This document shows, piece after piece, positions 8,201 to 17,898 of a stretch of DNA of 35,865 bases. This DNA comes from Fonticula alba ATCC 38817. Its lineage: Eukaryota; Protista; Nucleariida. The stretch lies in NCBI GenBank assembly GCA_000388065.2, contig KB932203.1. One strand, written 5' to 3'. The notes beneath the pieces were generated by a model, which had not been told where the DNA came from, did no database searches, and saw only the letters and a list, made by a program, of their open reading frames with translations. The translations under genes were made by a program, and so were the position numbers. How positions within the stretch are numbered: position 1 is the first letter of the stretch; every line of letters starts with the position of its first letter.

Positions 8201-11200
8201 GAGGCGGCCGTGGCACCACTGCCACTGCCCATCGCCGGCAATGTCTGGGGCCTGGTTCTGATTCATGGGGGCTTTGCACCCTACACGCATTCCATCCCGT
8301 CGGTGGCCAACCGTTGTGTCTTCTCCGACACCTTTGTCCTGGACACAAGTGCGTTTTTTTCCCCCTGGCCACTCTGCCCCCTCTTGCCGCTTTCCCCGCT
8401 AACCACCTGCGTGTTTGTCGGCCCCTCTTCCGGATTGTGGTTATGGGCTTTGCGCCTGGGACTGGCAGTCTGCTCGGAATGGACGGCCCTGGCTCTGCCT
8501 GGAAACTCGGCCCTGCTGGCCCGCAGCGGCCATACTCTGGAGGTGTTCCCCGCCCGGCTCGGCCGGTTCCCAGCGATGTTGCTCTTTGGCGGCTTCAACG
8601 GTATGGTCTTTTGTATTTCCGCCGCCGGGGACTTACCGTCCTCCGGTGTCCGCTTCTTCTCCTCTTCTCTCTCTCTCACACACACACACTGACTCCCTCT
8701 CTTACTCTCTCTTACTCTCTCTTCTTTCCCCCTCTTTCCTCCTCTTTCCTCCTCTTTCCTCCTCTTTCCTCCTCCTTTCTCTTCTCTCACCCCCCTCTCC
8801 CTCTCCTGCCGCGTCAACATGCACAGGCCAAATGATGGCCGACATGGTAACCTATGACCTTGGAGACCGGCGGAGTGCCAATACCCAGTGCCATGCTCTC
8901 TTTTGCCACCAGCAAACAGGCAACCTATCCAAATTCCCGAATCTCAGCCCCTGCCAGACCTGCCAGCAATCGCCCCTCTGCTCTTGGAGGGTTCTCGACC
9001 TTCCGGGCTTGAAGGGTGCCTGTCTGCCGCTGGCCGATGCCCCCCCGCACAACTGCGCGACCCTGGAGGCGTCGGCCACTCCCAAGGCCACTGTCATCCA
9101 TGGCAGTGGTGGCGAAGATCACTGCCAAAGCCTGGCCAGCTGCGGTGCATGCGCCAAGGCGCCGGGATGCGCCTGGTGCCCGGGGCTCCGGCAATGCCAG
9201 GCCGTGGCTTTGGATGCCGCGGCGGCGGTGGCAAGCCCGGCAACGACCTCATCCTGCCCCGATGGTCTTGATGTGTCAGGCCGCTGCCCGGCCGAGACAT
9301 GCCCCCGGCGGGGCTCCTGCTTCGAGTGTCTGCAGCCTCTTGCCCCGGGGCCCGGACTGGCGGCCCTCCCGCCCGGCACATCTGCATCCGTGGTCGACCG
9401 GTGCCAGTGGTGCTCGGAGAGCCGCACATGCGTGGCCCTGGGCCGGTGCGCCACAGGCGCGGACCCCATCGCGGCGCCGGATGTGGAGCTCTTCGGCTGG
9501 GGCGCAGCCCTCTGCCCGGCGCAGTGTGACTCCTTTGCTGATGAGTTTTCCTGCTATTCCGGCTCCCGGCCGCCTCAGACGTCCTGCTTCTGGTGCTCGA
9601 CCATTGGCCGGTGTGTGGATGCATCGGGCCGGGCCGGGGCGTCATTGATGCTGGCCGGGCCGGATGCCCCCTTTGGGGCGGCCTGCCCGGCGTGGACAAG
9701 CCGGCCGGAGCTGCCGCTCGGCATGCCGAGCACCCACGGACCGGATGCCCTTAACCAGCCGGCCCTGCCGCCGGAGCTGCCGACCGCCGGCCGGGGGGCC
9801 TTCTCCGGGTCCCTCCTGTCGGGGAATGTCGGCCACTTGGCTCCCTTGCAGTATCTGGATCTGGAGGTGGAAGTGCCGGCCGTGGCCGCGGACTTGGTCT
9901 TGCAGACGCTCTTCTGGATTGACCCCCTGCCACGGGGGGTGCCGGACCGTGGCGAGACGCCTGGCCCGCCGGCGGCCGACGGCCGCGGCCCGGAGCCGAC
10001 GTTGCTTCTGCACCTGAACGGCCCGTCCGGGGTCTGGTCCACCACCAACCGGCTGCTGGTGGTGGGCGCCCCGCGCGCGGTATCTTCCCTGGGCTGGCCT
10101 TCGGGCGCGGGGCGCTTCGCACAGGCGTCCCTGGATCTGGCCCTGGGCCTGGCCCTGCCGGGCCCGTTGCGGGGCCTCCTCCCGGATGCCGCACTGGCGG
10201 CCGTGCGTCGGGTGACCGCCGCGGCGAGGGCGGCCACCGGCGCCGGCGGCCCATGGCAGCAGGGCCACCACTCGGCGCCAGGCGGGCCGGGGCTGCTGGC
10301 CGGTCGATACACCATCCGCCTGCAAAACCAGGGGGCATACTACATCCCGGAGACCGGGCCCGGCTCCGACCGGGGCATTCGCTTCTCGATCACCGCCTCG
10401 TTGGCAGCCCCGGGGACCGGGCACCATGCGCTCTTCCCGCCGATGTCGGGCGATGAAATCCTCCACCGGGAGGGGATGATCGACCTGCTCTTTGGGGCCA
10501 CCTCCGGCGCGTGGGTCATCATCTGCATGCTGGTGGCCTCGGTCATCGGGATCTACCTGCTGAACCTCTTTGTCATTCGCCGGCGCCGGTACTACGAGTG
10601 GCGTCCGCCGGCCGTGCCGGTGGCCTTCTGGCTGGTGGTCACGCCGGGCAGTCGGTCGCCCGGGGTCTGGCGCGCGCCGGCCCCGCCGCCGAAAAATTGG
10701 CTGCCCCCCGACGAGTCTCCCGGCGGGGAGGCCGATCCGGCCGAGGCGGCGCCCCTGGCCACTGCCACGCCCGAGCCCCTCCCCGAGGCGGGCTCCACCA
10801 TGGACGACATGCGGCTCTTGATGCCAGGGGTGCCGGGGGCCGAGGCGGCCGCTGCCAATGCCAGCCTGTCCTCCATGCAGGTGGTGGCTCTGCAGGAGTG
10901 CCCCATCGGCGGGCATGGCCAACTCGCGGCCACCATCCTCGTGGCCCTGCCCACCCCGCCGGAAGAGCTCCAGCCCGGCGATACGACCGCGGTTCTGTCG
11001 AGCCTCGGCCTGGCGACCGTTCATCAGGTCCCGGTGTCCGGGGCCTACCGGGCAGCCGGGCGCCATCTTCGCCGGCTCCGGGCCAAGCGCATGGCGGCGG
11101 AGCTGGCGGCCGCGGCCGAGGCCGAAGCGGTGGCCGCCGCCGCCGCCGCCGCCGAGACCGATGCTGCGGAGGCCGTCGACATGGACGCCGAGATGGCCAG

Positions 11201-11735
11201 TCACCATGCCAGCGACTCGGACTCCGGCCGGTCGGACGACGAGCTGGAGTCCGAGCGCGCGGGGATCGGCCCTCCCTTGTCAGCTGGACCGGGAGCCCTG
11301 CCGGTCGGGGCCACCCTCCGGCGATCCTCCTCAGTGGGCAGCGCGCACTCCAGCCGGCATCTCCTGGCGGAGGGCGGCCACTCGGCCTCCGGGCACATGG
11401 CCGGTGGCCGGGCTGGCGGGCTGCTGCGAGACCTGCACGTGCTGACAGCCCGGTCGCTGGAGCGCCTGCGCACGAGACTGGCCGTGTCGACCCCGCATGC
11501 GGGTCTATCCGGGCCCAGTGGCGCCGGGTACTATATCGAGCTTGGGGCCATGTCCCCGACCGGTCAGCTGCCAGGGGGGGCCCGGTCTCCTGCCGAAGAA
11601 GACCCGGAGGCCTTGCCCTCTCCCGGGAATGCGGCGGCTCCGTCCCGAAGCGGCGGCCACCCGGAGGCCCAGTCACCCGGCAACTCGGACGCGGGCACTG
11701 TCCCGCTGCTGTCGGTGGCCCCGATCCCGGAGTAG
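5227..11735 (+). CDS. Attractin/MEGF8-family type I membrane protein (signal peptide, CUB, EGF, Kelch propeller, PSI repeats, TM, cytoplasmic tail); 10 exons, about 1626 aa
   Basis: Exons 5227-5479, 5617-5803, 6268-6521, 6795-6911, 7008-7178, 7300-7473, 7564-7749, 7851-8348, 8469-8600, 8827-11735 (sum 4881 nt, divisible by 3). Signal peptide MRSLLLLSLLLAC. CUB: YGNNARCDWAI..FETECLWDKLTIFDG..VLFKSDSAVALEGF. Six-Cys EGF: CPAECMIDNRCVPDSCQC..C. Kelch GG motifs: VHGG, VFGGY, LIGGF, VHGG, IHGGF, LFGGFNG. PSI: CQSLASCGACAKAPGCAWC, SCFECL..CQWC, SCFWC. TM: AWVIICMLVASVIGIYLLNLFVI followed by RRRR. The start could also be 5236 or 5254. Confidence 0.85.
8731..8770. repeat. Intronic decamer tandem repeat (CCTCTTTCCT)4
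   Basis: Four exact units in the last intron of the attractin-like gene. Confidence 0.9.
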
Positions 11736-12316
11736 TACACCCGCCGAGGCATGTGTCCCCTCCCCTCCCCCCCCCCCCTGTATCCTGTCCTTGTTTGGAG
11801 GGCCGCGCCTGCCTCCGCGCCGGTATGTAGAAATATATACTCCTCAGTCATACACGCACGCATGGAAAGCAGAGGCAGAGGGCAACGGCCACAGAGGGGG
11901 AGGCGGAGAGAGAGAGAGAGAGAATGTGTGTGTGTGTAGGGGGGGGGGGGTCCATTTGGGGTGTATTGGGGTGTAGACGCGCCGGGCGCCTGCACACGGG
12001 TGTTCTTCTCAAGGACATTGGGGGATGAATGGGGGAAACAACAAGAAGGGGAAATGGAAAAGGAGGCGGATGAAAGTCGTTCGTCCGGGCGTCGGAGGAC
12101 TGTGGCCGAGGCGCGCGGGCGTATGGCGCGAAGAGGCTGGCTGGGCGGAGAGGAGGAGGAGGAGAGAGAGAGAGAGAGAGGGAGGGAGGAAGGGAAAAAG
12201 CCGGGGAGCCGGCCGAGCGGGAGGGAGAGGAGTGCGGCCGTGGACGGGAGGCAGCGCAGCCGCTGGCCATGTGTGCACATGGACCCTCTCCCCTTGGCGA
12301 TTCGGCCCCCGCGCTC

Positions 12317-15300
12317 TCAGGCCCAGCCGCCAAGGCCATTCTTGCCGAAGCCCATGAGGTTGTGGTGCGATAGGGGCGGCTGGGTCGGCGTGCGCAGGGT
12401 GACCACCCGATGGCGCAGGGTCAGCGAGGGGACCGCGGCCGGGGTGGCGGCGCTGCCGGTGGGCGAGGCGCTGCCGCTGTTGGTCGAGCCGGAGCCGGAG
12501 CCGGCGCCGGCGCCGCTGTTGTGGGCATTGGCCGGGAGATCGGCCGCCGGGACCGGCTCGGCCGGCGGGTCCGCGTAATACGACAGCCGCCGGGTGACAT
12601 CGCCACCCTGCAGGCGCCGGGTGGTGGGGTTGATGGCGACCACCATGTCCACCGTGTCGCCGGCCACCAGGCTGCCACAGGGGCGGATCTGGCCGGTCGG
12701 CTCGGCCGGGCGCAAGGCCTCCGGCAGGGAGTACACACGCTCGCTGCGGAATGGCGCATCGATGTGGGCCACGCGCGAGGCGGTGGACGTGTGCACCGCC
12801 CGGGCATTGGGGCCCGGGGTGGTCAGAACCACGCCCGACTCGATGAAGCTAATGCCCAGGGGGATGGGGACCGGGCGCACGCGCCGGGCAAACAGCCGGT
12901 CCGAGGAGGCGTGCCGCACCAGCAGGAAGCTCACGGCCATCGGCATGCGGAGCTCCTCCTTGCCGGCGAAGTCCGACAGTCGGAAGAACACCCGCGAGGC
13001 GAACTCCCGGCAGCGGATCCACGCGGACCCGCTGTCCTGGCGAATGCCCGTGACAATGCCGAAGTAGATGCCCAGCTCGGTGAGGGCCTTGGTCCGGACA
13101 TTGGTGGCCACACCCGGGGCACCGCCCGGACCCGGCGGGGCCGCCGGCTGGAAGGACACCAGGTCCCCGTAGAAGAGCCCGAAATAGTTGAGCGTGATGG
13201 CCGCATGGGTGAAGTGCCACAGGGCGGTCACCTCGGCCCCGGTGTGCGGATCGCGACCGGTCGTGGCAATCAGCCCCAGGGCCCCATGGTCGTCGGCACC
13301 AGCCCCGGCGCCCGGCGGCCCGGCCGGGAGATCATCATTCGAGGAGGCACCGCCACCGGTGCCACCGGCCCGCGAGGGCGACCGAACCACCACACCCAGC
13401 AGGTGCCCGGGCTCCTGCAGGGCATCCAGCTCGAAGAGCCCGACCGTGGACCCGGCAGCCGAGGGGGTCCGGCTGTCCAGCCAGCCAAGCATGTCGGCCG
13501 ACCGGACGCCCCGGATGGCGGGCTTCTGCGAAATGATGTCCACCGACTTCGGCGGGGGCAGGGGCCCGGTGGCGGCGCTGGCCGTGCGCCCGGCGATGCC
13601 CGGCGACGCGGGCGGCCCCTCATGCGGGAGGGTCCGATGCACCAGGGCACCCGGGGGGGAGTCGGCGGTGGCCGGGGCCGGGGCCGCGGCCCCGGTGACC
13701 ATCGGCGCCGGCACCGGCGCCGCGGCACCATTCACCTCACCGAAGAAGTGCCCGGCGGCCAGGGCCGCCAGAGCCGCGGCCGAGCTGGCACCCGCCGCCG
13801 GCAGCATGTCCGCCGTGTCCAGCGACACCAGCAGCCCCGGGTGCCGGGAGGCGGCCATGTCCGACGCGGCCAGGGCAAACTGCGTCGGCAGGGGCGGCGC
13901 CGGCGCACCGCGAGCCGCCGGGCCCAAGGCCGGCGCGGCCTGCTCCCGATGGGGGAACTGCACGGACACCACGCTCGGAGCCGGCGACCGCGGAGTGAGG
14001 AGGATCTGCGCGGGGACCTGCTCGCCGATGACCGGCGGCCGGGTGGCCTCGCCCGCGGCCGAGGCAACATGCCCCACCGAGAAGGGGACCATGTGCAGCT
14101 GCCCATGCAGGGGGAACTGCAAAGCCCCGGCCAGCGGCTCCAGATGGGGAGCAGCCCCCTCGCGGAGGACCGCCGCCGCCAGGGGCCGGACCACGGTGGC
14201 CGTCACCGGCACCACCCCCGGGCCGCTGGTCGACTCCAGCAGCAGGATGCGCGTGGCCGAGAAGGACTTGTCGGTGCGAACAATCTCGAACTCCAGCAGG
14301 TCACCAATGCGCAGCTCGACCGCCGGATTGCGCGTCCAAATGGACTGGATGTGGAAGTAGATGTTGCGGGACTTCTCCCCGGGGCCCGGGGTGGGGCTCT
14401 GGGCCTCGGCCGGATTCTTCAGCTGAAGGAAGCCATAGCTGGGGGGGGGGGGGAGGGGCGGAGGGGGCAAGTGGATGTGTGAGTGTGGGCATGGACTTGG
14501 TGTGCGGCCATGCGCAGGGGGCCCGGTGAAATGCGAGCACGAGCATACATACCCGTTGGGATTGATCTGGGAGATGGTGCCGGTGTAGCGGCGCGCGGCG
14601 CGTGGAACCTCCAGGCGAACGTCAGCCACCTGCATGGAGCCCGGAGCCGCCGGGCCGCCGGGGATCATCACGAAGGAGACCAAATCGCCGGGGACCACGT
14701 TGGGGCAGCCCTAGATGCATGCGGCGTGTGTGCGGAGACAACCGGCCATGAGTCAGCATGGAGGGCAGGAGGAGGTGGCAGCCCGGGGGAGGGGAGGAGG
14801 CCAGCCAGGTGCATGGGCGCGCGTACCCAGGAGAAGTTGCTGGAGTTGATGTCGGTCAGCAGGCGCAGGGCCGGGTCGGTGGGGACCGGCTGGCCGGTGG
14901 TCGGACAGGGGGACACCAGGGGAATGACCTTGCCGGTGGAAGGGGTCACCTGGGAGGAGCGGGCCAGGGCCAGAGACAGGAACGCCTGGGACACGATGCC
15001 CCAATGACGAGGCTGGGTGGAGGCGCGGGAGTGGGCCGGGGAGTCCGGGTGTGCGTGCGTGCGTGCGTGCGCGCCGTGTGAGCAAGGGGACAGGAGAGGC
15101 ATCAGAGGGGAGGCAGGCAAATGGCGCACCAGGCCCGAGAGAGCCGGGTTCAGGGGCTCGTGACGGATCTGAAACTCGACGCCGCCAGGGCCGACATCGG
15201 CGGGCTGCTTGGAGCCGCCGGGGCCGGTGGCCGGCTGCTTGGGGGCGGCGCCGCGGGGGCCGGGGCCAGTGGACCGGGCCGGGGCACGGCCGTTGCCGGG

Positions 15301-16089
15301 CTCGGCCGGCTCAGTGGCCGGCTGGGGCTGGCCGGCCGCCGAAGTGGCCGGGGCATTGGCGAAGAGACCGGAAAGGAGGTTGCTCCGGCCCTCCGGCGCC
15401 GGGGTGGACGTGGTGGATGCGGCCGGGGCGCGCGTGCGAGCCGATGTGGGAGGGGAGTCGCCCTCGGGGCGGGTCTTGCCGGGGCGCGTGCGAGCCCGGC
15501 GTCCGCCGGTCGACGCGCCCAGGTCGTCCGCCGAGGAGGAGGAGGAGGAGGAGGCCGTGCTGGGGGCCTGCGAGAAGAAGGCGGCCGTGGCAGGGGAGCT
15601 GTCGGCGGCGGTGGTGGGGGTTGCGACATCGGCGGCCGCCTCGGACTGGGGGGCGTGGGCCGGCACAGCCACCGGCTGGAGGTGCGACATGGGCGGCAGA
15701 GGCATGGCCATCGGCCGGGCCGGCGGCCAAGGGCCCATGTGGGGGTGGTGCATGGCCATCGGCGGCCAGTGGACCGGGGCCGGCTGGGGGTGGCCGCCTT
15801 CGGGGGTGGCACCGGCGTCACCGCCAGGGCCAAACGGCGGCCGGAAGTGCGGGGCCTGCTGCGGGTCGGCCCCGAGAGGCCCGGCCGGCGGGCGAACCAT
15901 CGGCGCATGGTGCGGCGCGTACCACATGACCGCCCCCGGAGCGGGACGCACGTCGGGCGAAAAGTGGCCCGGGGCGCCGGGGGGGATGTGGTGCGGGCCG
16001 CCTGGCAGCGGGGCCCCAGCGAGATGGGGTGGCTGCCCGGGGGGCGGCCGTGCACGCGGCCGCTGTGGCAGATCGTTCGGATTGTACAT
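12317..16089 (-). CDS. CSDE1: CSDE1/UNR-like multi cold-shock-domain RNA-binding protein with C-terminal SUZ-C-like motif; 4 exons, about 1141 aa
   Basis: Exons 16089-15130, 15012-14827, 14710-14553, 14438-12317 (sum 3426 nt). CSD-like units: RYTGTISQINPNG|YGFLQ..NIYFHIQSI..LRIGDLLEFEI..ATRILL; YFGIVTGIRQDSGSAWIRCREFASRVFFRLSDF..VSFLL..ARRVRPVP; further GDLVSF and GDTVDMVVAINPTT units. C-terminal VTLRTPTQPPLSHHNLMGFG resembles the LRQPRGPD..MGFG SUZ-C motif of CSDE1. Pro-rich disordered N-terminus. A probable 5'UTR intron lies at 16700-16092 (GTATGT..TTAG). Confidence 0.8.
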
Positions 16090-17522
16090 GTCTAAGAAGC
16101 AGAGGGGGGGGGGGGGCCTTTTTCTCGTGGAAACTGGGCGCGAGTGTGGCGTGGTGCGTTTTTTTTATTTTCTGCTACCAAGCGCCTTTGGTGGCGGCGA
16201 GGGGGGAGGGGGGGGAGGGAGGCATTAGCGGCGGGGGGTCTTCGTGTGTGTGTGTGTGTGTGTGTATGTGAAGGGGGGGGGCAGACGCGCAGAGCTGGAG
16301 GTGCACAGGCGCGACGGCAGCAAAAAAAAAAAAAGAAGAAGGGGAAGGGGGGAGGCACCTTGATCAGGGAAGGGGAGGGATGGCGGCCGACACGGGAAGG
16401 AAGAGGACGGCGGCCGGTGTCAAGGGAGGAGGGGAGAGGCAGGGGAGGAAGGCAAAAGGCGGGGAACAGGGAGGGGGGGGCAGTGGGGGAGTCAGCGGCC
16501 AAGGTGGCTCGTGTGGAAAATCTGTCCGCCCCCTTCGGCAGGCGGGGGGGGGGCTGCCCTTTTTCATCGCCCCTGGGAGGGGGGGGGGAGCCCGGCGGCG
16601 GGAGCACACAGAGCAGGGGGGGGGGCCCAGCGGCGGATATGCAGGCCGGAGCAGCCGTTGCCCCACACACCCCCCCCCCCCCCCCCCCGCACACACATAC
16701 CTACGCCTGCTGCGTGAGAAGAACCGCCCAGCCCGGGGCACGGCCTTGGCGCGGGCAGAGCGCGGAGGACGCAACGGCCGGCCCGCGGCCCGGAGCCGGA
16801 ACGCGCCGAGTACCGGCGAAAGCTGACAACGGTTTTCCGGCGCGCTCGGCCAGGGACCGGCCCGGGCACCAAACACACGGACGGCCTCCCGTGGCAGACC
16901 TGACAGGCCCCAGGCACCGAGGCGCGCGCGCGCGCGCGCGAGGGCGCCACGGCTCGACACACCATGGGCGGGCATTTGGCCGACGCCGGGCACCGAGGGG
17001 ACGGGAGGACAGGAGCAGGGACGGGGGGGCGCGGGGCGCACGCAATCGGCCGCCGGGCTGGGCCGCTGGCGAATCTGCGGCCACCGCCCCCCCCCCCCCC
17101 CCCCCGGGGTGCAGGCAGGAGGGGGCAGCCAGGGCGGCGGAAAGTGGCCAACATTGGCCCAGAAGATGGTGGAAGCCCCTCACCGTGGCCGAGCCTCGCC
17201 CGAGACGCCCCGGAGCCCGGGCTTCTCGGTGCTGCGAGTCACACGGCCACGGAGAATGCGCCCCCCGCTTCCTAGTATCTAGCTCGTCGCTGGGAGGCGC
17301 GAGCCCGAGCCGCCCTCCCGTGTGCCGCCCCCTTCGGTCGGGGCTCTCGGGCACAGACTCTCCCGGCAAAGGTTCACGGCATGCCCATCGGCCCGGCGGC
17401 TGGCGCCCCCCTCCGCCTCGGCCCAGGCAGGAAGGAAACCCGGCGAGACGGGTCGGCGCGCTCAGCGGGGGGAGCCTCAGCCCAAGTGCGCATACATCCC
17501 GAGGCGAAGAGCAGCAGGGCAT

Positions 17523-17544
17523 TGCGCGCGCGCGCGCGCGCGCA
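17523..17544. repeat. Palindromic T(GC)10A tract; a second (GC)9G tract lies at 16922-16940
   Basis: Read directly. Both lie in the divergent intergenic region between the CSDE1-like and pseudokinase genes. Confidence 0.9.
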
Positions 17545-17898
17545 CGTAGGCCCAAAAGCGTGGGGGCGCCGCGGTGCTCTCGTGCCAGAACCCGGCCCCA
17601 GTCGTGATTTGATCACGCGCCGGCATCTACTAGACCAGATCCAGATGGCGGCGGTGGTACTTGGCGCTGTCCTGTGTCGGGCCTTGTCCCGGGCTGGGTC
17701 GATCACAGACACACACATACACACACATCAGCCCCTTTGCTGCCCTGCCTTCTCCTCTCCCCTTGCCCCTCGCTCCTTTCCCCGCCTGCTTTCCTCTCCG
17801 CCTGTGGCTGTCCCTCTTCTCTTCCTCCTCTCTCCCCCTCGCCCGCGCGCGCGCGCACGCGTCCCGTCTCTCTGCCCCTTTCTCGCAGACACTCGACA

